From sequence record NZ_CP023526.1: DNA of 64,000 nucleotides; one strand, given 5' to 3'. The position numbers were made by a program, and so were the translations under genes. Under the pieces are notes generated by a model. That model saw only the letters and a program-made list of their open reading frames with translations. It made no database searches and was not told the origin of the DNA. This DNA comes from a plasmid. This document shows positions 9,666 through 18,608 of this stretch, piece by piece (within the stretch, counting starts at the first letter, position 1; every line of letters starts with the position of its first letter).

Positions 9666-9742
9666 GCACTGTTAGCTCAGTTGGACAGAGCGTTGCCCTC
9701 CGGAGGCAAAGGTCGCTGGTTCAATTCCAGCACAGTGCACCA
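9666..9742 (+). tRNA. tRNA-Arg (anticodon CCG)
   Basis: Cloverleaf folds from GCACTGTTAGCTCAGTTGGACAGAGCGTTGCCCTCCGGAGGCAAAGGTCGCTGGTTCAATTCCAGCACAGTGCACCA. Anticodon loop CTCCGGA, T-arm GCTGG/CCAGC, 3' CCA. Confidence 0.85.
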
Positions 9743-10042
9743 GGAGTGTGTAGACCTGTTTTTGTTGGGGACAGCTCTACCGGCTCGATAGTTCGGGTTC
9801 GAAAGACTAAAAAGATACGCAGATAGCGGGGAGCCAGACCCGGACCTTTACGGCCATTGTATAATGACTTTTACCTCAGCTTTCCACCACCAAGATTGAG
9901 CTGATGATACAGGTTAAATTCCTGCTGGATGATCCGGATAGCAGCTATGAGGTCTGCGATGAGACCGAATGACGTATAAAAATAGCATGAATAAGCAATT
10001 TCCTTTTGCGACCCGGCACAGAAACGGCCGGACCTTTTTAAG

Positions 10043-10123
10043 ACATTCGCATGAGCACTGAGTGGTTAACTGATATCTCCGTATCAGACCTGTCGCCATG
10101 CAACAGTGCTCAGCCGAATGTCT
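10043..10123. repeat. ~80-bp palindromic MITE/REP-like element, copy 3 (inverted relative to copy 2)
   Basis: gacattcgcatgagcactg...cagtgctcagccgaatgtc. Its reverse complement matches 1318-1396. Confidence 0.65.
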
Positions 10124-10782
10124 ACATGGCCGATTTTTATTCTCTGATGCAAATTGATGTGGCGTTTATGTAAAACCACCTACGCTTCATTTTCTAGAAA
10201 AATACGAGCGCGGTAATGATCTTGAAAAAATGCTGATAATTGCGATAAATTTCGGGGACTTTATTAGTAATTATATAATATAGCATTATTCACAGATGAT
10301 TTTTCTTAGTGACTCGCATTTCTACGAAAAGGTGGCTGAGTAGGGTGAATAATTGCGCAAATGGTCGCTTATTCTGCTACTGATTCATAACCTGGCTGAT
10401 GATGTACGAACGCATGTTGATGCAATTCTTCGCAGACCTGCCATTTTCCCGGGGGATAAGCCTTAAATGATTGAAAGCGTATTCATAATTTAAAACGTCC
10501 TGTACGGTCGTGTCAGTACTGCGCTTTCCAGTATTGATGCCTGCAGTCTTACATTTGAATTTTTTCGATAGCGAACACGAATTTATCCTCCCGGAATTGC
10601 TCTAATTCCGCATAAAGAATATGGTTATATTGTCGCAGTGAATCCCCCTGTGCGGCGGGGCAAAATGGTTAATAGCTCCATGTGAATTAGCAGTGCGAGT
10701 CCGGTCTGACCAGCCTAAGACTCACCGGGAGGCACCCGGCACTGTGGCTACCTTACTTAATGACTGGCTTGTCAAAATCTCA

Positions 10783-10812
10783 AGGCTCACTTAAGTGAGC
10801 CTTTTTTGTCTC
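10783..10812 (+). terminator. Rho-independent terminator-like hairpin (aaggctcacttaagtgagcc + T-run)
   Basis: A perfect GC-containing stem followed by ttttttgt. A weaker mirrored copy lies at about 495-520. Confidence 0.5.
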
Positions 10813-11395
10813 TGTTGCCCCATTGGACAAAAAATACCTGTATGTAAGCATTTGGGAAGTCACTGAACGGTAAACGCCGTTAAGCAGTCAATTTAAATAT
10901 TCATTAATTACACTTATTCATTGAACTCTCTCAGCCCTCTCACTGACGGATTCCGACACCGTAAAGGAAAAAATCCCTTGCATATTGAGGTACTACGCCA
11001 GAATCCCAGATTTTTCCGTCACTCCAGTTTCAGCCCCGTAACCAGCGCATCCAGGTCAATAATTTCATTGTTGATCTGGAAGGTGGAATGCCCGGTCAAT
11101 ACAATGTGCGGCCAGACCACCGGTGATATCTTGATCAACGCCTCAATTCCCTTTCATTACCTTCGGCTTCCAGTCGTTCCGGTATTCGCGGCAGGATCGC
11201 CGTGTTGTAATAAATGGGAGCATAAAAAAGCCAGGGCATCGATGTTTTACCATATGGCAGGTACCCCTGAAGCATCTGTCACCCGCAGGTCTGCGTGCGA
11301 CTGCCCCAAGGATTTCTATGCTCTTTTACGTTTTTACCCGTTTCCGGGGCCGAATAACCGTGCCCCGCGCGTGCATCAGTGGGGGTCTGACCGGG

Positions 11396-12238
11396 CTACT
11401 TCTTAACAGGGTCGGTCAGACCAGCCGCTTTATTGATGACCATCTGCAGCACTGCCTGGTCAGTCATGCCTGGGATCACCGTGATCGTCTCTGCAGTAGC
11501 GCCGATGGCTGGCATCACCACCAGGCCCGGCGTACCGGTGAGCCCGATGTCCGTGGCCAGCTGCCCGGTGAGGGTCAGCTCAGCCTGCACGTCCCTGTCC
11601 TTCGCTATCGCCGACGGGGCGATCTTCATGGCCCCGGCCGCAGTGCGGATATCATTCTCCGTCAGCGCCCCCTCGTTATGCCCGGTGGCATACAGTTCAT
11701 TATGGTACGCGAGGTACGCCTCTGATCCCTTCTGCTGCCAGATTTTCAGGCCTGTCTCTGCCGCCAGGCGGGAGGCAGGCCATCTGTCGCCGAAAATGGG
11801 CCACTCACGGAACACAAAGCGCACCTGCGGGTTGGCTTTCATCAGCTTCGTCAGATCCGGGGCCAGATGGCTGCAGTAAACACACTGGTAGTCGAAGAAG
11901 AGCGTCACCACCACCTTCGCATCCGCAGGACCGTAGGACGGCGCATGCGGGTCATGCAGCAGTTCAGACTGGTACGCCAGCGCCCCTTCCGTCATCGCCT
12001 TCACCGCCGCCGCTTCCTGACGGGCCTGCAAGGTCTCACTGACCTTTACCAACACCTCCGGGTGAGCAATCAGCCAGTCAGCCGCCACCGCTCCGATCCG
12101 GGCCTCTTGTTCCGGGCTGAACGGCGAGGCCGGTTTTGCCACCTCTGCGTGGGAAAAATGGCTGATTCCCTGGGCAACCACCCCACCCAGGACGCCGCTC
12201 AGCAGAATGGCTGCGGCAATGTTTGATTTTTTAAGCAT
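11396..12238 (-). CDS. DsbA/DsbC-like thioredoxin-fold disulfide oxidoreductase of conjugative-element type
   Basis: Signal peptide, CxxC motif (CVYC), and a thioredoxin-fold layout. GC-rich (about 62 %) block with other ICE-like hypothetical proteins. Confidence 0.6.
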   Translation of the reverse strand: MLKKSNIAAAILLSGVLGGVVAQGISHFSHAEVAKPASPFSPEQEARIGAVAADWLIAHPEVLVKVSETLQARQEAAAVKAMTEGALAYQSELLHDPHAPSYGPADAKVVVTLFFDYQCVYCSHLAPDLTKLMKANPQVRFVFREWPIFGDRWPASRLAAETGLKIWQQKGSEAYLAYHNELYATGHNEGALTENDIRTAAGAMKIAPSAIAKDRDVQAELTLTGQLATDIGLTGTPGLVVMPAIGATAETITVIPGMTDQAVLQMVINKAAGLTDPVKK

Positions 12239-12307
12239 GATGTTTCCTGTAAATAAATAATAATGTGATACCTCTGCCGGGAACCCCGGTGGCCCTGTGG
12301 GCCTTGA

Positions 12308-12604
12308 TTATTCGCGGGGCAACAGGCGGGATGACACCGACTTGCACCACTGAAAATCCTTCGTCACCGCCTCAGGCTCGGCGATATCCTTTATTTTACG
12401 GGGACGCCCGCGCGGTACTTTTCTGTATTTCGCCTGTTTCACCGCCTGCGCATGATGCGCGGCGGCTTCCTCCGCCAACTGTCGTCTCCGGGCAGATGAG
12501 AGAACATGGCCCAGCGTTCTTTCCTCCTGCGTTATCAGCGCGTTCAGCAAAAAACTTTCGTACTCCGTCAGGCCTTCCGTCAGCTGGTGATACGTGTCTG
12601 TCAT
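12308..12604 (-). CDS. Hypothetical protein of the conjugative-element remnant (98 aa)
   Basis: Start MTDTYHQ with RBS gggagaggg. The longer upstream extension of the six-frame ORF overlaps the neighbouring gene. Confidence 0.4.
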   Translation of the reverse strand: MTDTYHQLTEGLTEYESFLLNALITQEERTLGHVLSSARRRQLAEEAAAHHAQAVKQAKYRKVPRGRPRKIKDIAEPEAVTKDFQWCKSVSSRLLPRE

Positions 12605-12824
12605 GACTTTCCCTCTCCCGTAATTTCCCGTGGCATGCTGCTGGCAGCGTGCCACTCTGGCTTCGGCGTACGCCCGCCCGCCTGCCCGCGGGGCCTGTTT
12701 CGCCACCCAGGACCAGACCCGGCGGCAGGCTTCTACCGTCCGGCCAGTTTTAGCCTCACCGCCACCAGGTCCCGCCCGCAGCGGCTGCTTATCTTCGCAC
12801 CTACCGTCAAAAGAAAGTTCCGAT

Positions 12825-13589
12825 TCAGTCTTCAAGTGATTTCTCCTTCACGATGTCCCGTTCAGCCTGGTTCATCCGGGCTGCGGACGGCGGGTCTGTC
12901 TCCGTCCCGCGCTCCTCCAGCTGCCGTTCAGCCTGTTTGTCCTGTGACAGGCGGGAGACCGAAGCTATATCCCGGTCCAGGCGCTGCTGCGCCGTCCTCT
13001 GCTCCCGTGAAAGGATGGCCGCCAGGGCTGCCACCTCGGTATCCTGGCCACCCATCTCATCCTTCAGCAGAGTAAACACCCTGTCCAACGTCGCCGGATC
13101 GGTCTTCTCCGTTTGCGGCATATTTTCTATCAGGAGGGCCGCCAGTTTCTCTGCCTCCCGCTTCGCCACCGCTTCCAGGTCCTGAAGCACCGGGATAACC
13201 GCCGTTTCGGGCGTGCTCGCCCTCACGGCCTGAGCTGACACTGCTGCCTCGTCGATAAGGTTATCCGCCCCGGTGAGCCGACTAAGGTTGTGCGGCAGGT
13301 CATCCCCTTCCAGACGCACAATCACCCCGCTGGCCGGATAGTCGCGGGCAAGTTCCAGCCCCGCAGGCAGGCTGTCGGCCACCCGCACCTCGCCGTTGCG
13401 GCTCTGCTGAATGCCGGCAAAGCGCGCATCCTCCCGACCGGTGACCCGGTGCGCCCCGGAGAACGCCTGTCCGCCGTGCTCATCCTGGGTGAGACTGAAT
13501 ATCACCATCCCCGCCCGGTTGCCGTTGGTGTCCCACAGCGCAAACCCCACGCCCGGCTCTGGCTGACGACGGGTGGCAGGGACAAACAC
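12825..13589 (-). CDS. Hypothetical conjugative-element protein (254 aa, coiled-coil-rich C-terminus)
   Basis: Long ORF in the GC-rich block, co-oriented with its neighbours. Confidence 0.45.
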   Translation of the reverse strand: MFVPATRRQPEPGVGFALWDTNGNRAGMVIFSLTQDEHGGQAFSGAHRVTGREDARFAGIQQSRNGEVRVADSLPAGLELARDYPASGVIVRLEGDDLPHNLSRLTGADNLIDEAAVSAQAVRASTPETAVIPVLQDLEAVAKREAEKLAALLIENMPQTEKTDPATLDRVFTLLKDEMGGQDTEVAALAAILSREQRTAQQRLDRDIASVSRLSQDKQAERQLEERGTETDPPSAARMNQAERDIVKEKSLED

Positions 13590-13717
13590 GCCCTGCGATA
13601 CCCCCTGCGCCAGCCCGTGGCTTTTCAGCAGGGCGCGCCCGGCCGCGACGCGGTCCAGCGGTTTTGCCCAGGACAGGATACCCTCCGCCGCCCGGGCGGC
13701 GTGGTCCTCGCTCTCCT

Positions 13718-14050
13718 TCAGGTAGTCATGCGCCGTCCCGTCGCCTTTGTGCTTCGCCAGTTCGGCCAGCCAGCCCTCCCGGTTGTCCGTCTATAGGTGG
13801 CGATGGCGACCACCACCTCCCCAATCAGCAGCCACTTCATCAGGGAGGAGTCCTGCCCGAAGGTGCCCTTCACCGCGTCATCCCCGACCTTGAGCAGGTC
13901 TTTGGTTGCCCCGGCAAACGCTGCATGCTGCAGCACCAGGAACAGCGCGCAGGCCAGCAGGGCCATCACCAGAACGTGCGCCACCTCCCGGCGGAACACC
14001 TTTTGTTTCACGGCGGAGAAAGCGCCGCGATGACTCAGTACCACTTCCAT
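13718..14050 (-). CDS. Hypothetical membrane protein of the conjugative-element remnant
   Basis: A hydrophobic segment (VLVMALLACALFLVLQHAAFAG) within a 110-aa ORF. It may be truncated or frameshifted. Confidence 0.35.
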   Translation of the reverse strand: MEVVLSHRGAFSAVKQKVFRREVAHVLVMALLACALFLVLQHAAFAGATKDLLKVGDDAVKGTFGQDSSLMKWLLIGEVVVAIATYRRTTGRAGWPNWRSTKATGRRMTT

Positions 14051-14131
14051 TATTGAATCCTTCTGAAACAGTGAGTTAAAACAACGTTGTTACAGCGGAC
14101 CGGGTAACCTGCCCGCTGTAAAAATGGTGTC

Positions 14132-14314
14132 TCAGGGGCGCCGTAAACCGGCCTTACCCGACGGGCACCTCGCCCGATGCTGCTCTATCTGCACCAGGAG
14201 GTCCGCGATATCGCAACTGCGGGCGAGCGCATCCCGGCACAGACGCTGGTAGCGCAGCTTCAGCGCCGAGAGGGCAATCACCGGTTCACGCCAGTGTTTT
14301 ATTTCCGGGGACAT
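14132..14314 (-). CDS. Small hypothetical protein (60 aa)
   Basis: ORF from MSPEIKHW, lying just downstream of conserved leader element copy 1. Confidence 0.3.
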   Translation of the reverse strand: MSPEIKHWREPVIALSALKLRYQRLCRDALARSCDIADLLVQIEQHRARCPSGKAGLRRP

Positions 14315-14367
14315 ACGAACCTCCAGTGAAAATAAGCCGGGAGAGAAAGCCAAAATAAGAGAGAAGC

Positions 14368-14500
14368 CCCGCCGGGAAACAGGCATGCTACCGCCCCAGG
14401 GTGTCACACCTGTCGTGGGGCAGAGATGCCCCGACGGGGTTCGGGCAAAGGGAAGCCCGCCGCTTTTTCGGGAATAAAAAAGCGGGTAATGCAAAAACAC
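14368..14500 (-). promoter_or_regulatory. Conserved ~120-bp leader element, copy 1 (identical 35-mer catgctaccgccccagggtgtcacacctgtcgtgg plus a covarying hairpin)
   Basis: Shares the 35-mer and downstream similarity with 16352-16495. Both copies lie 5' of minus-strand genes. Confidence 0.5.
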
Positions 14501-15017
14501 GTTTTTGGGGACGGACTGCGACCGGCGTCAGCTTGTCGTGCCGACCGGGCTGAACACTACAGCGTCAGAATGTCTTGTGGATCACCAGTCAGCACAGGGA
14601 TGGTCTTCAGGCTGTGGTAGAGTCGAAGTTGCGCCTCAGCAGTGCGGGTACGTCCGGCCTTCTTCGGGCCAGCGTCAGCAGATCGCTGGCGGGCCGCATC
14701 AGCAGAATGCGGGTACTCACCGGGTTATTGGCCGGGTGCTCTGGATCGTTGATGGGTGTGGTCATAAACATTTCTCCTGGTTAGGTGGAGAAATTCTTTC
14801 ATAAAAAAACTCTTTTTTTACTTGGGCACCTGCCCAATGTGAATTTATACAGTGTTTTCTATCCCTTTAAATTAAAAGAAATTATGCCTTTTTCATAAAT
14901 GAAGATATATTTTCTATTAATTATGTTTTTGATAAATATCAATTTCTAGATCGCGGCCATCACCATAAATATCTTGATTACTACAATATGGTGGGGAACA
15001 TCCCCACCATATTGTTC

Positions 15018-15764
15018 CTATCCAAGAGGCAATAGTGTGGGCTCAGAAACAAACTGCTCAGGAATGATATTAAGCCAGCCATAGTGCCTGGAAAAGTGTA
15101 AGAGATCCTCTCTGTCAGAGAGATTAAGCTTCAGGTAGATACTACGAAGGCATTGCTCTATCGCCTGTTTGGATACTTTCATGTATTCAGCAATCCACCG
15201 GTTGGACCTGCCTGCGGCTGTTAGCCAGGCGACGACCCATTCCTTCCTTGTCAAAACAGACGCAGGTGACACCCCGGTGAATCTGCCGGAATCAATAATA
15301 TTGAGGGGGGCCTTTTTTAGTTCCGGAATAACGACCGGCAACCAGTCAACAGATTGTTCGAGGGAGGAGAGCTCCGTAAGGAAAATCAGGGTACATTTAT
15401 TCCCTTCAAGCAGAAGGGGAACCAGTCTGACGATGAATGACGTAACACCATTGATGTCATTGAAATATCCCCATGAGAAAAGAAGCGTCTCTTTCCCGGA
15501 CGCCATCGTTCGTTTTTCAAATTCATGCATCAGACTGATGTTATGCGCTGGGGCAGCAAAAACTTCCAGATCGGTCATTCCGGCAACGGAAATCACTCGG
15601 GGTAAAAAACGGGCTGAAAACGCAAGACTGGTATCCATCAAATAATGATCTGCGGATTTTATGTACCATATCCCACTGAAATTTTTATAAAAATCATAAA
15701 AATCATGATGAAATCCTTGTGATCCGGCGGTGAGATCCATAGGATCGAGAGTAGCCATAACCAT
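15018..15764 (-). CDS. LuxR-family transcriptional regulator (C-terminal GerE-type HTH)
   Basis: C-terminal ...VSKQAIEQCLRSIYLKLNLSDREDLLHF is a LuxR/GerE HTH. The N-terminal domain is unassigned. Confidence 0.6.
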   Translation of the reverse strand: MVMATLDPMDLTAGSQGFHHDFYDFYKNFSGIWYIKSADHYLMDTSLAFSARFLPRVISVAGMTDLEVFAAPAHNISLMHEFEKRTMASGKETLLFSWGYFNDINGVTSFIVRLVPLLLEGNKCTLIFLTELSSLEQSVDWLPVVIPELKKAPLNIIDSGRFTGVSPASVLTRKEWVVAWLTAAGRSNRWIAEYMKVSKQAIEQCLRSIYLKLNLSDREDLLHFSRHYGWLNIIPEQFVSEPTLLPLG

Positions 15765-16016
15765 CCTCCTTAAACTGAGTGGTTTTTGGTTAGCTCGTAT
15801 GATGGGGGTCCAGCCCATCATACGAGCGCAACATGATATTTTGAGGCAGCATTATTTCGTGCTGCCCGGTCACTTTATCACAGCGATAAGATACCGCCAG
15901 GGTTATTTCTGTCCGTTGAATACTCATGTATTCCCCCCAGAATCATGCAGGTGCAGCGTTTATTTACTGCAGGCCTTGAATCGTTTATAGGCGTTGAATA
16001 ACCGTGCCCGGTAACC

Positions 16017-16322
16017 TTATTGAATAAGAGCCTGTACCAGGATCAGGTTATAAAAGCCTTTCCTGTAACAAACTGAAATAACTTCATTGTAATTTCGTAC
16101 ACCGAAAGCGATTATTAGTTCGCGCAGACAGCGATTGATCTCTCGGCCATGCAGGCCGGTCATTTCAGTCACACCGGAACGTGAAAATCCTTTCAGAAAG
16201 AAAAAGAGCACTCTCGCCTGCTCATCACTCAGGTGGTAGCCAGGATAATATGCCGTCGGCATCATCATTTTCTCTACCACCACGTCATCACGGATAAGCT
16301 CACACATTTCTTTGTAATTCAT
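16017..16322 (-). CDS. Small LuxR/GerE-type HTH protein (101 aa)
   Basis: LSDEQARVLFFFLKGFSRSGVTEMTGLHGREINRCLRELIIAFGV is HTH-like. It is preceded by leader element copy 2. Confidence 0.45.
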   Translation of the reverse strand: MNYKEMCELIRDDVVVEKMMMPTAYYPGYHLSDEQARVLFFFLKGFSRSGVTEMTGLHGREINRCLRELIIAFGVRNYNEVISVCYRKGFYNLILVQALIQ

Positions 16323-16351
16323 GTCCTGCTCTCTGCATTACTTCCCGTTCA

Positions 16352-16495
16352 GCCGGGAAAGGATTATTTAAAAAAAAGACATGCTACCGCCCCAGGGTGT
16401 CACACCTGTCGTGGTCCGCTGTGGGACCGACGTTTTTGGCAAAAGGAAACCCGCCGGATTTTTCGGTAAAGAAAAATTCAGGTAACACAAAATAT
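16352..16495 (-). promoter_or_regulatory. Conserved ~120-bp leader element, copy 2
   Basis: The same 35-mer. The following hairpin differs in sequence but keeps its pairing (ggggcagagatgcccc versus ggtccgctgtgggacc). Confidence 0.5.
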
Positions 16496-16709
16496 ATTTT
16501 CAGCACCAAATTCATCGTGATGATGAATATTTTTGCATCTCTTTGAAATTAAGACTTATCGCTATTTTTCTCTCCGCTCTCAAAAGAGGGCGAAATATAC
16601 CCCTTAATTTCCCGTCAAGTAAATTGATCTACATCAATAAACTACACTGAGTGTACTGGACAACAATTTTTAAATGTGATTGGCGAAAAAAGTGTAGCCA
16701 GGTACACTT

Positions 16710-17096
16710 TTGGAAATGAGGTCGGACCAGATGAAAGAAAACACCCACCCTGCTATCGAAGCACTCAGGGAAGAAATCCATCATCAGGGACTGACATATG
16801 AAGACATTGCGCGACAAGCACCAATGTCCCTTAACCACCTTAAAAACCTGATGAGTGGCCGCACCCGACTGCGTGTTGAAGACAGGGATGCTATCTGCCG
16901 GGCGATGAACGTCGATCCACAGGATATCTTCCTGCAACGAAAGGACTATATAGAAAACCTCTACTTCATTGATATCCGACACCTTCCGCCAGATTTGCAG
17001 GATGCCATCAGGATGATCATCGGCGACCTCACGCTGCATGCCAGACTGCTGGAGATGCATACGAAAAGGCGAAAGCGGCGCGCTATAAAGAAGTAA
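16710..17096 (+). CDS. XRE-family (Cro/CI-type HTH) regulator
   Basis: GLTYEDIARQAPMSLNHLKNLMSGRTRLRVEDRDAICRAMNV is an XRE HTH. The overlapping antisense ORF 16629-17261 is rejected. Confidence 0.55.
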   Translation: MEMRSDQMKENTHPAIEALREEIHHQGLTYEDIARQAPMSLNHLKNLMSGRTRLRVEDRDAICRAMNVDPQDIFLQRKDYIENLYFIDIRHLPPDLQDAIRMIIGDLTLHARLLEMHTKRRKRRAIKK

Positions 17097-17453
17097 TTTC
17101 CGGATACAGATGAGGGAAGCATGCCAGTGGAGGTGACTTTCTGCACGCTGGCACGCTCTGCCATTCTGGCGGCGACCAGCCGCGGAGGTCAGTTTCTCCA
17201 GGTAAATGACCTGCTTTTTCGGTAAGAAACCAACGAAATCAGAGGACAGAGAAGAAGCCATTCATTTACCCGCCCATGACCGGGTCATTGCCCGATCCAT
17301 AGCAAAACAGTAAAGTATACTACTCCATACCCTTATGACCTTTTAATGCTGATTAAAGGGCCATAAGACGCCTACATCCATCCCATTTAATCACGACAAA
17401 TGAGCATTTAAATGCACCATTCTGTATATTATACTATATAGAGAAATACTATA

Positions 17454-18110
17454 ATGCAAGAGAAGCACAATCTGATACCTCGCGATGAGGGTATGTCATT
17501 GAATAACATCGGTAAAAACCTTACCCACTTAATGCAACTGAAGGGGATCGACTCACAACAACTCAGTGACCGGATCGGGGTCGGCATCGCGACGATTAAA
17601 AATTTAAGAAGAGGCGTGGGCAACCCAACGATTTCAACCCTGCTGTCTATTGCAGATTTTTTCAATGTCAGCATCGGCGCACTAACCGATCAACTGCTGG
17701 ATGGCGATAAAACCATCAGCGCTAACAACGCCCGGGTTCTGCCACTGATAAAGTTTAATGAAACAGAAGCGTTCCTGGAAAAGAAGGTACTGCACACTGA
17801 CACTTACACAACCGAAGTAGATAATGAGGAGGATGATTCTCTCTTTGTCGTTGAAATAACCAGCAGGGTCCTCCAGCCAGAACTGGACAGAGGAACCCTC
17901 TGTGTTATATCCAGAACGGAAGAATATTATGACGGAGACATCGTTCTTCTGAAGATCAAGGACTATCCACTCTGTTTTCGCCGTATCTTCATCGGGAATG
18001 ATGGATATCAATTTTGTAATATCTCCATGGGAACCGAAATGGATATGAAACAATATACTGATTTTAAGATAATCGGCGTGATGTTAAAAAAAATAAACAG
18101 GTTGAGATAA
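17454..18110 (+). CDS. CI/LexA-like repressor: N-terminal XRE HTH plus a C-terminal S24-peptidase-like domain (catalytic Lys not evident)
   Basis: N-terminal HTH (LTHLMQLKGIDSQQLSDRIGVGIATIKNLRRG). The C-terminal 110 aa follow the beta-rich S24/LexA pattern (GDIVLLKIKD...). Confidence 0.6.
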   Translation: MQEKHNLIPRDEGMSLNNIGKNLTHLMQLKGIDSQQLSDRIGVGIATIKNLRRGVGNPTISTLLSIADFFNVSIGALTDQLLDGDKTISANNARVLPLIKFNETEAFLEKKVLHTDTYTTEVDNEEDDSLFVVEITSRVLQPELDRGTLCVISRTEEYYDGDIVLLKIKDYPLCFRRIFIGNDGYQFCNISMGTEMDMKQYTDFKIIGVMLKKINRLR

Positions 18111-18608
18111 ATGAAAATACTTTCAACCCTGAAGAGGTTGATTATTGATCTGTATACACCTGCATACAGCTATACTCTTGAAAGAAATAATCAGGGCGCA
18201 GAAAAGGATGTCTGGATTTTCAAAGAGTACGGGACACACTCTTTTGTAAAAAAGAGCTGGAAGCAACTCCAGGAAAGCAATTTTCTTCAGCAGGTCAATC
18301 CTAAAGACATTGCCTATATAGCAGAAGCCGAGGCAGAAAAAAAACTTGAAGAATCAAAGATGTATATAACTGAGGAGAAACGAAACAGAGTATGGGTGCT
18401 AAAAAGCTCCCAGGAAAAGCTGTCTGTCACGGGTGATGAATTTATCAATAATCCTGAACTCATTGATAAAACAGAGAGCGCTGATGCTACCCGGATAGCT
18501 TTTCATACCGGATTAAAAAAGGGGCTGCTCATTTCAGCGACTCTGCATACAGGTCAACCGGAAAAACCCCAAACAAAAGGAGGCGGAAGACTGACAATCG
18601 TTAAATGA
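18111..18608 (+). CDS. Hypothetical protein (165 aa), translationally coupled to the CI-like repressor
   Basis: The start codon directly abuts the upstream stop. No recognisable motif. Confidence 0.45.
   Translation: MKILSTLKRLIIDLYTPAYSYTLERNNQGAEKDVWIFKEYGTHSFVKKSWKQLQESNFLQQVNPKDIAYIAEAEAEKKLEESKMYITEEKRNRVWVLKSSQEKLSVTGDEFINNPELIDKTESADATRIAFHTGLKKGLLISATLHTGQPEKPQTKGGGRLTIVK

Larger units (their letters stand above)
9660..10850. repeat. Right arm of the inverted segmental duplication (contains intact tRNA-Arg, palindromic element, terminator)
   Basis: Reverse complement of this span aligns block by block with 440-1690. Confidence 0.75.

Noticed and set aside
13290-14056. Plus-strand ORFs (168, 130, 78 aa) in the GC-rich conjugative-element remnant.
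   Set aside because: They overlap minus-strand genes of consistent orientation. Arg/Pro-rich low-complexity translations are typical of GC-rich antisense frames.
16629-17261. 210-aa minus-strand ORF overlapping the XRE regulator gene.
   Set aside because: The plus-strand frame carries a textbook XRE HTH. The antisense ORF has no motif and an unlikely composition.
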